Below, piece by piece: positions 24,421 through 39,340 of a stretch of 64,000 bases of DNA. Location of the stretch: the NCBI RefSeq assembly GCF_001194135.2, contig NC_068982.1, positions 8,781,788-8,845,787 on the forward strand, in the 5' to 3' direction. Both the position numbers and the translations under genes were made by a program. Every line of letters starts with the position of its first letter. Within the stretch, counting starts at the first letter, position 1. Source of the DNA: Octopus bimaculoides (Eukaryota). A model generated the notes under the pieces. That model searched no databases and had not been told where the DNA came from. It saw only the letters and a program-made list of their open reading frames with translations.

Positions 24421-24604
24421 TACTATTATTATTATTGAGTGGGAAAGTAACCCATTACTATTATTATTATTATTGAGTGGGAAAGTAACCCATTACTATT
24501 ATTATTATTATTGAGTGGGAAAGTAACCCATTACTATTATTATTATTGAGTGGGAAAGTAACCCATTACTATTATTATTATTGAGTGGGAAAGTAACCCA
24601 TTCC
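24421..24604. repeat. Five tandem copies of gagtgggaaagtaacccatt separated by act(att)4-5
   Basis: Copies start at 24437, 24475, 24513, 24548 and 24583 (periods 38, 38, 35, 35). Confidence 0.97.
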
Positions 24605-25030
24605 ATCAAAGTACAAATATACGAAGTCCAATCCAATAGACTCATCATGACTACCCTTCCTATAAGGGTACATCAGGCTAATGCATCACAACCATTTATG
24701 CGTGACCTGGTGGTCACATATCAAGATAAACAGTGCAAGGCCTTGCAGGTGGGGCCCAGTTAGAATTTCCTTCAGGTCGAGTATCCCGACTCAAAACGTC
24801 CCTGAATAAACATTGTTTAAGGGTGTCAAACGAAACAACCTTGTTTCCCGAAGTGAATAATTCAAACTCCAAAGAATTCCTCACAACACAAAGATACGAT
24901 GCTACCCCACTACTTCTGCTTGTGATCAGAGATGCACATATCGTCAGCCGCTAAGGGACACGTTCAACTGGTTAAGTTCAAACAACCGACAAGCAAATCT
25001 GTGGTATTGAGCAGTCCAACTTTTACACTA
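24583..25030 (-). mobile_element. Non-coding 3' region of an (AAT)n-tailed retroelement
   Basis: GC-richer segment ending on the minus strand in ...tttgatggaatgggttactttcccactc(aat)n. Resembles an abundant octopus repeat from memory. Confidence 0.5.
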
Positions 25031-25134
25031 AAAGAAAACCTGAACAGGATAACACCTTCAATCATTTAAGATCAAAAACCATGAAATCCAGTGCATGATA
25101 TTGCAACAGAGCATTTATTATTATTATTATTATT

Positions 25135-25362
25135 GCTGCGAGCCGGCAGAAACGTTAGCACGCCAGGCGAAATGCTTAGCGTATTTATTTCGTCTGCCGT
25201 TACGTTCTGAGTTCAAGTTCCGCCGAGGTCGACTTTGCCTTTCATCCTTTTAGTGGGGGAGGGTCGATAAATTAAGTACCAGTTGCGTACTATGGTCGAT
25301 CTAATCGATTGGCCCCCTCCCCCAAAATTTCGGTCCTTCTACCTAGAGTAGAAAGGATTATT
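25135..25362 (+). mobile_element. SINE family A, inserted next to (ATT)n
   Basis: High-identity full-length copy. Confidence 0.92.
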
Positions 25363-25416
25363 GTTGTGTTTAGTAGTCATAAAGTATTATCATTATTATT
25401 CTTGTTATTATTAGTA

Positions 25417-25449
<33 letters not shown>

Positions 25450-27394
25450 GCAGCAGCAGCAGCAGCAGCATAAAAGTATCGCTAATATTTGTCTCCCATC
25501 AATAGTATCGAACGTCCCCATGTTACATTCTACGTTAGAATTTGATGTCTTAGATTTTACTTAACTGTTATTCCTCAAGACTTTCACCTTAAGTTCACTT
25601 ATTTATCTTAATCTTTTGTGGATAAGTTTTAATTTTCCGTTGGTATTTCGCAACGTTTCCATTCTTGTTTGGAATTCACTGAAATTACGATTAAAGGTTA
25701 TACGTATTATTTCTAGAAAAAAATCTCATTACAAATCCTTCCTAACGGATATGCTTTAGATCTGATTATAATTTCCAGAATAATCTAATGTGAACAGAAG
25801 CGAAGATAATCCAACATCGCTTTATATTGTCGTCGTCATCAACAAGTGCTTTAGCTAATACTACATATTCTCGATCCAATAAATAAGTAAATGGCTGTAG
25901 TTAAAGATATTAAATCTAAGAGAAGTTGGGTGTCAAGAAATTCGCTTGCACTGAGATACAGAATAAACTGACCTTTTGAGCCATGACACTTCGACAGAGA
26001 GAGACGTTTCAGCTTTGTTTTTGTTAATCGTAATTCTCATATGACAAACGGAAGATTTATTTCATGTGTGCTCCGTAGAGTATCTCTTTCGAATCGATAA
26101 TCGTACCATTTCCTCATTGATGTTGATTATACGTTTAGTTATGTAGTTAGATATTCTGAAGACGTTCTATGTCTTACTTTATAATTAAAAGTAACTTTTT
26201 TTGTTAAGTGGGAATGAGTCATGTAGTAGATTACGTTCATTCGAAAATATTACGGGTTCATCAGTCACGTTTCAAAAAAAATACATTTAATTAGGTTTTT
26301 ATATTATGTTATAAAGATTTACTAACTTTCTAATTACATTTATAATGAAGGGTTAGCTAAAAAGTTATCTAATGTGTATCGGCTGTAGGCACAAGCACAA
26401 ATTATTTTAAAATACAGTGAGTATACTTGTTTTAAAATACTAGTTCAATTACGAGACAATATGAACCACATCAGTGGTTGAACAATGGCATGATACAAAC
26501 ATTATGTTTTACTGCAACATTCTGTAATAATAGCAAAAGCAAGACGCATCCCAATGCCCCTTAAATATCATTCAAATGTGTCCAAATTGTCTCTCTAATA
26601 GCCGGACCATCGATAAATTATGATGAAGCTAATCGAAAGACACTCCAAATCAGAAGAATATTCTAAAAAATTCTTTGATAATTGTGTACGTGTGTGGATA
26701 TTGAGTGTGCGCCTGTGTTTGTATATGTCCATGTATACATATATGTACAGATCAAGTATTTTGGCCAATAATATGGAATGAGTTAACCCTACTTCGCTCA
26801 AGATTTCTGTCCTTGTATATTAGAAAGAATTATGAGGCTAAATCATTGTGATATATATGCACAAGCATTTGAGCACTGGTCAAAATGTGTTAGAGAATCG
26901 GTTGTTTCTTTAGTTAATAAAAACAAATGCTGCGAAACTCACCTGCGATTTTCTCTTTGCTGTGTCAAAAAAAAATAAAATAAAAAAGAATGAAAAACTA
27001 GGAGTACCAGTCAAGTGTTTATATTAAAGTATTAGACTAATATGTTTATCTAATTTGAGGTAATGTGTCTGTTATAAATTTGTATTAGATTATATTTGTT
27101 CGGATTATTAGCCAAATATTTAGAAATAAACATTCTTTTAATGACTTCATCAGCATTTTCTCTCATCAATGTGTGTTAGCACATACAAGTTTTTAAATGA
27201 AGACCATCTAACGTCATCAGTCTAATCATACTTAAAGTAAATAAGAGTAAATAGCAAAAACAATACCTTTTGCTAATATTATCATAATAGTCAATTTATA
27301 TATAACTTAAATAAAGAAACTAACATGAGAAATGGCAATATTCAATTATCTTATATACGCACATACACACACACACACACACACACATAGACAC

Positions 27395-27432
<38 letters not shown>

Positions 27433-27769
27433 CTGTGTGCCCGCGCGTTTGTTCCTCTCGCCACCGGTGAATGTATACGTCTTAGAACATATGCAAATAT
27501 AAACTTACTTATACATATATACAATCACACACAATCATATAGATACTTATACACACTCACAAATATACGTATAATCTTAACAAATACACACATATTGCGC
27601 TTATCTATCTATACATATGTCACTATTTTCGCGGACAACGGTTAAAATTCAAATTTGCTTTTTTACTTTTTCTCTCGTACACATATGCATACTGACATAC
27701 ATCTATACACACATACGTACATACATACATACGTACGTACATACATATCATGAACTAACTGTTACTTTC

Positions 27770-27970
27770 TTAGATGCAGCATGAAATTTTGTCAGTAATC
27801 AGTTCGCGGTCTCAAAGCGACGAAACTATTTTGACAAATAAAATTTAAATGTTGAAGTGAATCTAACGATGTTTGTATGTTTTTAAATGGCTTATAAACA
27901 CCTTCCACGCTTCAGTTGTTTTCGTCCCACATACGATCTCATATCAGGTCACTTGCTATGCACGTACATC
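27770..27970. repeat. Interspersed repeat, second copy at 35870-35995
   Basis: gttgaagtgaatcta...ttttaaatggcttataaacaccttccacgct...acgatctcatatcaggtcacttgctat occurs at both sites. Confidence 0.75.
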
Positions 27971-30849
27971 TCTGTAATAACACACACACACATATATATA
28001 TATGTTAGCAAAGAATATTTTCCGTATTAATATTAAGGATATTTTCTAATCAAGTTAAATATATATCGTCATTCGTCACACATATAAGATGTAGATATAA
28101 ATTATCAATACTACAGGCACCCGTCAGGAAAAGTTTACACGTGGACATAAAACGATACTTTGTAACAATTCAGTTTTATTTCCTTCGCATTTCTATTCTG
28201 ATACTATTAATAACCTCACCATATAAATGACTATTCCTTTGTTATGCAAAACTTTCGATTATGTTGCTGAAATTTATTTTAACGTTGTTCACTCATCAGG
28301 CAAATTTAAGGAAATACTTGTGAAATGGCACATTTTAGAAAATCCATTAATATAATCAGGCATGCATATATAATTGGAACACAATTCTCTGTACCGATAT
28401 TATGAATTTCTTGAAAATAATTTGTAACTCAATTTAAATGTTCATATATTTTGTTTTTTTATTGAATTGTTCCCTATTGAAACACTATTTCATTCGACAC
28501 TTACTCTTCGATGTAATGAGATTTAATGTTCATTTCTTTAATCCTTTGTGTTTTCAACTGTATATTAATGAATGAATTTATGTGTGCGTTCATGTCAGAA
28601 TGGGTAGAGTAACAGACAAACAAATGAAATTTTAGTTTTATACATATTTTGAAACCAGCTTGTGTTGCTTTAGTAACCCGAAGATTCATTCCTATGGTAG
28701 ACAATATATCTAGTTACAAACCTGTACTGCCCTGAATGTTTTGTTAACCTAGTAACATGAAACTTATAAGTGCATGTATACTAAATATTCATGTTTTGAG
28801 ACCGTTTAAAAAGCTTGGCTGCATTACTTATTTTTCATCTTAATATTTGTCTTCATAATTGGCTTCTTTTATCAACACCTGTCCTGGTTAAGCAGTCTAC
28901 ATCTAGTGTTGTGTTGACCTTTTTCTATGCTTCTCTTGACTGATGTTCTGAACGTACAGCGTCGTTTGTACTCAAATATATGCTCTTTGTTTCATGCTGT
29001 TACTAGTTATTCGGTCGTATGTAATATTTTAGATTTGGTAATTCCTGAAAATAAAAGGTAAATATTTTGAAATTTAACTCTTTTATAAGATGAAAGAAAT
29101 CCTATTAAAATTATTCTATTAGACTACTGGCGAGAAGGAATTAGTTAAAGTGCCACACCTGATTTCATGGGGTGGTGTAATTACTTTACTAAAGTATAGA
29201 TGAAGCAGATCTTTCACATACTCTTCAGAAAAAAAAAATGCTTCCAATTTCGTATGAGAAACATTATACTTTTGTCGTCGGAATAGTTTTGTTATTGATT
29301 GAAAAATAATTGAACTCACTACCTGATGGCTCAACGCTTTTACAGGGTATCAAAGACTTCTCATAGATAGGTAAATAGAGAAATCACATTTTCTGGGCGC
29401 AAGCAAACGGCCGAGTATAAAATACCTCAAGTTACTGAGAATTATCCTTTCTAAAGATGAAGGTAAATTTCTATAATTTATAATTTTATCAATTAGAGGA
29501 ACATATGTATTGGCTTTATATATATTTGTTAGTAATGCTTATTTTCCGTATACACTTTAGCCATATTTTCTAAACAAACTATATATATATATATATATAT
29601 ATATAAATCTGCTCCACACATTATTCGGAACTTTACATAATGTAGTCCACAACGTTTTGAGATTCTGTTAGCTAACAAAACATCTTTCTTAGATAGAAAT
29701 GACTTCGTAGTAAATATATTCCTGACATAAACATGGCATGAATAAAAATTATTAATTATGAATATTCCTGACAGCAGATTATACGTGAGAAAATAAACGA
29801 CATACCACAATTCTGTTTCTGTTCTTGACACCGGGAATAACCTAACCTATAAATGGCTATTACTTTGAAATTTAAAACAGTTGACTTTGTTGCTGGAATA
29901 TATTTTAACGTTGTCCTCTCTTCGGGCAAATTTCGGGCAAAAATTAGTAAACGCGCATTTTTAGAAAACATATTAGCATATTCAGACAAGCATATACAGA
30001 AATCTGTTTCGATTTTGTTCTCTGAAATAATTCGAGTTCTTAGTTCTGGTTTTCAGACAACTGTTTGTTTAGAATTTGAATCTTTCTTTTATACATCACA
30101 GTTAGCTCAAACAGCTCTTATCATTTGACGCATATTATGAAACGTAGTATTTCTGTTCTGGTGAAACAGCATAATAGGAAATTACGGTTTATAAATATTA
30201 GTCAGCCTATTGTCGAGGAATAGTAAGACTGGAAAAATATAATTTTTTCAGAATTATCTAAATTCTCCAAGGGTAAAAAGAAAATTAGAATCGAAATATT
30301 TTAAGGAAAAGCAATAGTACTGAAATTTAGCTGAGCATAAAACTATTGATATATTTATGTAAATGCAATTTTCCTTGTGCTAAGAGTTAGTAGAAGATGG
30401 TTGTTTGGTGAGGGAATTTTTGTTAAAGAATATTTCGACTGCTAAAATAAGTAAATGCTGTTGTAGCATTTTGTAAACATTGCGGATATGGCTATATGAA
30501 GGCCATAAGTATTACGAATCCGTTGAAGTATGTGCCTCTGCTCAGCTGTAAGTAAACTACACCCCTTATACTTATTTGTTCATGGCCTACATTTTTTGAT
30601 GTTGAAATCGCCTACCAGTTAAAAATGGTAAAATATATTACTGGAATTTTGTTAACTCTTTTGTTAGTTTTTATTTTTTGAACATAGAAGACACGTTAAG
30701 TAGGGACGATTCAAAATAACACTCCATACATTACTTACGAACGCTGTCAACATGCCGTTTGCTTCTGCATCAAATGGCTGCTAAAATTAATGAGTGTGCG
30801 CAATACTGTCTAATATATTTCTATTAATTCATAGGCTGGAGGAGAGATC

Positions 30850-31490
30850 AACGCTTATAAGCATTTGTATTCCCAGCATACTGCTAGTCAGCTTTCTATG
30901 GAAAGGACGCGTTTCACTCGTCACCTCTCATAACCGCTGGAAAAACTAGGTATTGCGTGCCTGATTTCATTCAGTCATGCACTATGGTAGAGACATCTCT
31001 AGCAGTTCGATGTCAGTGTACAGGTGTAGTCACCATCTATCGGACGTATAGTTCTTCAGTTCGTCTCCTTACCAGATTTGCAGTTCTGGGTCGTGCAATA
31101 ATCAACAGGGGAATGTTTGGCATCCAGAATGTTCACAAGTGTCAATAGAATTTTGTTAGCCAGACCAGGCTAAGCGGTTGGTAGACGTTCCAGGCCATGT
31201 TCTACAGAGTTTTAGTGCGAAGACCTACACGGGAGGGTTCTGGACGCCAATCAAAATCAATAAGCTGGTCTATTCCAGAGGATTTTGAGCCGGTGCCCAT
31301 GGGAAATTTTCAGAAATATGTGGACGGGTGTCGTTGGTACCAGATAAACTCAACGGGTACGAAATTACCCCGTTAGCCAGGCCTACCAAACCAAAATTGC
31401 TCCGCAAGTGACGAATTTTTTGCACGTTTTCGTTCAATGCACGACCATTGCAGTTTTGAGCTGTTGTTAGACGTCTACCGTCACACGTGG
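30850..31490 (-). mobile_element. Possible highly decayed RTE-type LINE 5' region
   Basis: GC-richer island. Minus-strand MAWNV resembles the endonuclease start (TWNV); otherwise unalignable by eye. Confidence 0.25.
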
Positions 31491-31630
31491 GGTATATATA
31501 TCTAAGACACAGCCTGGAAGCAAAAAAATATCACGAACCTCTACTACAGTATTGAGTACTCTTTCTTCCGATAGTTAATCAACACCATAATACCTGTAAA
31601 TATACAAACATGCATACGTACAAACATAAA

Positions 31631-31689
<59 letters not shown>

Positions 31690-33111
31690 TAAAATTAACT
31701 ATTTATCAATTAATTCTCAATTAATTTCAGTTAAAGAAATTCTTGCGATGCTGTAATATGAATGGTATTTAAGAAGACTTTCTACAATTTCAATAGAGAA
31801 GAAATTATATCCACAAGCATTAGTTTGTGCTTTAGAAATATCTCCATCTGACATTACCAACTCATGTAATCATTTGTGCTGTGTCTAAACATTCAAGGAA
31901 GCATGAAAATCTGTCTCATACGACCTTCAATATAATTTTGTTAGAATTTCCTTATTTATTTACTCATCAATTCTTAAAGAACTCTCACATATCTTCTAAA
32001 GTACGTATAATGAAAATTTAATAATATCATGAAAAATTCATTGTATATAAATATGCGTTAATCGTTTACAATATATTGCCATACATAATATCTTATAGAA
32101 ATTTTCAATCTGTTTCTTGCTTCATAAAGTATGTTGCAGTTGTCGAGCTGAAAATTTCAATAACTAATATATAGCAAAAATACAAGAAAATCCATGTTTA
32201 ACAATCCATTATCATATGAATAGCTTTAATGCCTCTATCAGATTCATTTTTTTCTCCCACACACAAAATCGATCTTCCATGAAATCCCTTGCATTAAAGG
32301 GGCTCGAAGATGCATGTCAGTATTAAGTTCATGTTTTTCAGTATTTGATTATATTGGAGATTAAGTCATAATCATAAGACTGAAATATATTAATCGGCCT
32401 CCAATTTCTAAGCATTTTACTTTTAAGTCGGTCCTTTTCAGACGTATCTCCTTTGAAAAGTGCGTCCATTCAGTGAATTTTTATCTATTATTCTATCTCT
32501 GTCCAGTACTTCATTATTCTGTGCAAATAAGAATAGTTTCCATGGAAAAAAACAAGGCTACTAAAACAAAATATAAACATGTTGTAACGATATTTAAAAT
32601 GGATTCAACCAATATTTCTTAGGTTAGTTTGAATGCTTGCTTTGTGGCAAACACTGTAAATATTTTCACTATGCCCGAGTTCCCCTTTTTACAGATCATT
32701 AAAATGTTGAATTCTTTGACTTCAAATAGGGAATGGTAATGAGATTTTAATTGTATGCGAATTGGGATACTATGTGCCAGTTATTTGACACACTTGGCAC
32801 GTTATACATTTCGTAATGGTGTCAAACATACGTATCAAAGAAAAAAGATACCATATTTACCGTTAGATTGGCATGGTTTTGGATATTTACCCGTTTTGTT
32901 AAAGCAATGAATGCAATTCTCTTGATGAAATGCAAAAAAACATATGTCAGTTGAAATGTAAATATCAGAATGCATTTCATTTCTATTCACACACACACAC
33001 ACACACGCACGCACACGCACACGCGCACACGCACACACCACACTCACGCACATATCTTTACTCACATTCACATATATATGTAAGTTGTGTGTACCTGTAT
33101 ACATTTGTATG

Positions 33112-34080
<969 letters not shown>

Positions 34081-34194
34081 TAAATAAATAAGATTCAGTT
34101 GAATTAGGTATTTAAGTTGAGGCACCAAGTCAATTCGATATTATCTACACAGCTCGAATATGGTGAATAAAATCAAAATAAGTAACAGATTATG

Positions 34195-34468
34195 ACGGAT
34201 GTGTATATATACATGTGTATGTGTATATGTGTATGTGTGTGTGTGTATATGTATGTGTATATGTGTATGTGTGTGTGTGTGTATATGTATGTGTGTATGT
34301 GTGTGTGTATATGTATGTGTATATGTGTATGTGTGTGTGTATATATATGTGTATGTATATGTGTGTGTATATATATGTGTATGTATACGTGTGTATATAT
34401 GTGTGTGTGTGTATATATGTGTGTATATATCTGTATATGTGTATATATATAATATGTGTGTGTGTGTA
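34195..34468. repeat. Compound (GT)/(AT) microsatellite
   Basis: Seen directly. Confidence 0.95.
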
Positions 34469-34469
34469 C

Positions 34470-34605
34470 GCACACAACAACTGAGGACAACACAAAGGAG
34501 CGAAAAACAAGAACAAATTATACCATTTATAATGACGCACAATCCATGCCACCAGACATCTTCAATATCGCTAAAGCAAACCAACCAATCATTGCTCAAT
34601 GTAAG
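34470..34605 (+). mobile_element. Penelope-like fragment (RT to GIY-YIG linker)
   Basis: LRTTQRSEKQEQIIPFIMTHNP, then frameshifted PDIFNIAKANQPII, matching the IPFV.TYNP..P.I..I motif. Confidence 0.6.
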
Positions 34606-34704
34606 TAATTAAGAGATATCATTACGGAAAGATAGCCTAAAATATGCAGGCCCTATACAGTCGTTATCACAATAATTACCGCGGCATATATATATATAGA
34701 TACA

Positions 34705-34743
<39 letters not shown>

Positions 34744-34989
34744 TTTGGTACAATCAAGTAATTGGACCATTTTAATTTGAGGGCTCTGTGCAGACTATTC
34801 GTATCTGGACATACTTGCAACATGCCTTATGGATATATGTAAACATAGGAAGAGCATACTAGAAATGATTATATTAAATATGTATCCTATTCAGTATTCT
34901 AGAGTAAATTGTAAGCCATCATATATTTGTTAAAAAGTGCCAGACAATATTATACACAAACGTTCCTTCTCTTAATTGTGGAGAAAGAC

Positions 34990-35195
34990 TAAGGGGTGAT
35001 ATGGTAGAATCGTTACAGCGCCGCACAAAATACTTAACGGTATTTTTCCTGTTTATATGCTCTGAGGAGGTCAACTTTGCTTTTTATACATTTGGCGTCG
35101 ATAAAATAAGCACCAGTTGAGCAACTGGGGTCGATGTCACCGAATTACCTACTCAACGAACTTACTAGTTTTGTAGCAAAATTTTAAACCATTAT
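34990..35195 (+). mobile_element. SINE family A, old degenerate copy
   Basis: ggtagaatcgttacagcgcc...gaggtcaactttgc...gtcgataaaataagcaccagttg. Confidence 0.7.
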
Positions 35196-35354
35196 TTAGA
35201 AAGATTTGAACCCTGCTATAGCGTGTTATAGTAGGGAAGCAATATTAAATAGTACTCACTTGCTTAGTAAATGCAGTAGAACCTCGGTATTCGAACAACT
35301 CTGACAATGAATAATTCCTAATTCATCTCCTGTCCTTCTCATATTCATTTAATA

Positions 35355-35454
35355 CAGTAGTACCTCAGTTTACGGACGCCTCTGATCACAAACAAATCGT
35401 GCTTTATGTCTATCTTTCTGCCTAACTGTCTGTCTGTCTCTCTATCTGTCTGTG

Positions 35455-35485
<31 letters not shown>

Positions 35486-36037
35486 GTGTCTGTCTGTCTG
35501 TGTGTCTCTGTGTGTGTGTGTCTGTCTGTGTGTGTCTGTCTGTGTGTGTCTGTCTGTGTGTGTCTGTCTGTGTGTGTCTGTCTGTGTGTGTCTGTCTGTG
35601 TGTGTCTGTCTGTGTGTGTCTGTCTGTGTGTGTCTGTCTGTGTGTGTCTGTCTGTGTGTGTCTGTCTGTGTGTGTCTGTCTGTGTGTGTCTGTCTGTGTG
35701 TGTCTGTCTGTGTATGTCTGTCTGTGTATGTCTGTCTGTGTATGTCTGTCTGTGTATGTCTGTCTGTGTCGGTCTGTCTCTGTCTGTCTGTCTACAATTT
35801 CAGTGTGGAAGGTGTTTTAAGCCATTTAAATAACACACAAAAAACCGTTATATTCACTTCAATATTTAAATTTAATTTGCCAAAATATGTTGAAGTGAGT
35901 CTATTTTTGTGTGTGTTTTTAAATGGCTCATAAACACTTTCCACGCTGCAATTGTTTTTGTTTCAGTACACGATCTCAGATCAGGTCACTTCCTATTTAT
36001 TCGCGATCAGAGCCCTTCGAAATGCGAGGTACAACTG
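35355..36037. mobile_element. Tigger/pogo-like MITE carrying an expanded (TGTC/TG) tandem array and a nested palindromic repeat
   Basis: TA-flanked 45-bp TIRs cagtagtacctcagtttacggacgcctctgatcac / gcgatcagagcccttcgaaatgcgaggtacaactg. Array at 35405-35795; foldback at 35795-35950. Confidence 0.8.
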
Positions 36038-38559
36038 TATTGCTTTCATTTTTTTCAGTCATAATCTCTCTTTTATAAACTAACATCACGGTAGTCCAAC
36101 AACAGAGGGAGAAGCATTTTGTCAAGTTTTACCCTCCTCTGAAAGCAACATTGATATTTCGATTCAGCAGCCCATTTGTAAGCTTTGCAGCCTGTGTGTG
36201 TGAGTGCGTGAGAGAGAGAGAGAAAGAGAGAGATATACAGAGAGAGAGGGGGGAACATTGCAAATAATGAATGAAATAAACGTGAAATGAAACAAAATCG
36301 TATAAATGAAAGGGCAATACTACAGACGTATACGTCCCCGAATTTGTTGCCTCATGACACCCAGAAATGGATATTTTTTAACAAAATATTCTACATATAC
36401 CACTTAGATGTTGTGACTTCAGAGCATACAGGGATTTATGGGAAAGAAATTTTGCGACGTGGTGGAGAGAGAGGAGTTTCAGAAAAATTCACATTATCTG
36501 ACTTCTTCCTTCATAACTTTCAGGAAGACGGGTATATTTGAATGAAAATTTATACAAGTCCCTTTCAAACGGCATGGATTACAACTATAAAGAAGTGCCT
36601 CGAGTTCTGCTGTCAAACTGTTATAGACATATTCACCACAGCGTTTTCTAAGAATCAGAAGCATTCAAATTTTCTGGTACAACTGAAACTTGAGGCATCT
36701 TTCTATTTTTAAAATTATTTCAAAATTGCGTCTAACCTTCAACATAATTTATATTTACTCGATTCAATCTTCATTTAGCTTTCCAAGCAGTTTATTATTG
36801 GAATATATTTACGCCGGAAAATTTGTGATACTATAATGCCTTGCTTGCACTCTACTTATATATGAATACCCACACACATATATTTATTTATTTATTAATT
36901 TATGGGTTTCAGCCAAGTGGCTGTGGTCATGCNNNNNNNNNNNNNNNNNNNNNNNNNNNNNNNNNNNNNNNNNNNNNNNNNNNNNNNNNNNNNNNNNNNN
37001 NNNNNNNNNNNNNNNNNNNNNNNNNNNNNNNNATATATATATACACATATGTATGTATGTATGTATGTGTGTATGCATATATATATACACATATATATAT
37101 ACGTATATATGTATATATACATATATGTATATATCATTTATCAGGTATAATATTCTATACATCATTTAATTGGGTTCTTACTTTCTACACATTCATCTGC
37201 CAGATTTGGTGTACTTAACAATCATAGACGGTCGGAATAGTATACTGGGCGTCTGTCTGCTAGTTTTCTTATCTCTATCAATCGACGTTGGTTTTTTCCA
37301 GCATTTATTGCTATGTGTAACCCCTTTGTTTTTCTTGCTCTTTTTACACTTTAGAAATTTTTTGTTTATTCTATGGTCCCTTATCTCTATTCGTATATTT
37401 AAATCTAATTTTCCTATTCGGAATCGCGTGAATTACTTTTGAAATATATTCTATTGCATTTAAAGATTTATATACATAAAATATGTTTCTTAGATAAAAA
37501 AATTTAAAAAACTAATAAATCTCTTTAGCATAATTATTTTATCTATATGGATCTGAATAACTTGTATTGTCCTCTTCAGAATTTGGTCTTCTTGCCAATT
37601 AAATGAATCACACGCATACGAGCGCACTCCCCACGCATCCTATTCACAAATATATATTTGATCTCCTCCATTGAACGATGACGATTCAGTTGTTTTACGA
37701 ACAACTGAATTCAAGTTAACTGAATTTCATTAAGTAACATATGTGACTAAGTTATTCTCACACTTGGGCGCCATTGATATAAATCCCGGGCAGAGTCAGC
37801 ATGATACACTTTGTGGTGAGACAGTGCAGAAATAGTTTTACATTAAAATAGTCAATTATGTATCATACTGAACTTAAATACATCACAAAAGCAAGTCTAG
37901 TATAGTATCAGTTCGGAGATAATATCTACTGGGGATATCTTGTGTTTAAAACGCGGTGTATATCGAAGGATGTCGAAATGGGTCTGTTGTATGTATGGGA
38001 TTTTTATTTAACCTAACTCAGTGTATTACAGATAACTGAAGAGCAAGTTTATTATTCGTTTCACAAATATGATTGCGCCAATCTGATGCTCATGTGCATA
38101 AATCTGAATGCTTTTGATTTAAAATATGCGGGGCAATGACAAATAACTTCATTAGAAGGGTTATCTGGAATCAGATAATTTCATTGGAATAATGACAAGT
38201 CTATTATATTAGTACTATATTGAAGCATATAATATTAGAAGAGAAGTACGACTATCAGGCGTTCTAGATTAACTACTGAGAAAAAGTGGCATATTACATG
38301 GTAAAGAGTGCAACAAATATGTTCTAAGTATGTGGCATTCTGAAATATTTGCTTGGATTTGATTGCGATGCCTATATGTGTGTGTATGATATTTTATTCC
38401 TTTTCCTTGTTTGCCAATTCGAGTCTATTACAAACGTTTCTTTGTGTCCATTTTTTTCCATCGCCTGTTAATCTGGCAGTTGAGTACATGCATCAGAACG
38501 CCTGGATGAATTAAGTGGGATAGATGCTTACATTATACAAAGTCTCTTTCGCCTCTAAT

Positions 38560-39340
38560 ACACTGAGCACTTGAAAATCAGGACCTATGTAATAAGTCTA
38601 CACATTTGTATCTGGTTGAACCGGCGGTACTCATGCATGTCGTCACACATGCGTACCTTACAGCAGCGGTTGATTGTCTCTCATGTCCGAAGTGAAATCC
38701 AGAGCCGCTTGGGAAGCGGTCCTGAGTTTACCAGGATATCCCATGTAGAATTGTTGACCCAAGATTTGAAATCTCCCACTTTTGAGGCTCATTCTCGACC
38801 AAAGCGCTTAAGCGATTGGTGATAGAGCACTCGAATGTCGCGGCGATGCTGGGATCATGGAGACAGGAGTGAGAGAGGAATGGTACTTGATGAGGGTTGG
38901 GTCCACTCGCAACTCCAGCGAGTGTGTGGCAGCCAGCAATCATTGCTCGATATCGCCGAGTTGAGCTCCTCTGTAGACGCATCAGGTAGTGACAAATGAC
39001 CTCCAGTGACGGGAGATGATGATTTAATTCATCACGCTTCCGTGCTCATAGATATACTTCGCATACACTGGTAGGGACATGTCATCCATCTCGAAATAGA
39101 TCATTCTGTTAGGGCTTTACCCTCATTCGACACAGCAGTTGCTGGCTGGAAGAGGCCTCGTAGTAGGCCTCACATCAGAAGATTGGACGTGATGAAGAAA
39201 TATTCTCCAGAGGCTTGATGTCACCTTTGAGCATGCAGAGAAGCTGGCGCGCGACAGCCAGTGATGGTGAGCACTGTCGGATTTAGTCGGCTCTACGTAT
39301 GATGACGTCTTTGGGACCATTAATCTGGGATGATCTTAGT
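38560..39340 (-). mobile_element. RTE-clade LINE endonuclease-region fragment
   Basis: Minus-strand IIISRHWRSFVTT*CVYRGAQLGDIEQ*LLAAT and FECSITNRLSAL match the IDHI....W...V..CRVYRGA.L..DHRLL.A and ISNRF.AL motifs. Confidence 0.72.

Noticed and set aside
24421-24604. CRISPR-like array of regularly spaced 20-23-bp repeats
   Set aside because: The spacers are only (ATT)n, there are no cas genes, and the context is eukaryotic. Better explained as a reiterated retroelement end.
29756-30128. Overlapping 77-91-aa ORFs with a plausible minus-strand donor
   Set aside because: No recognisable domain; cannot be separated from chance without RNA data.
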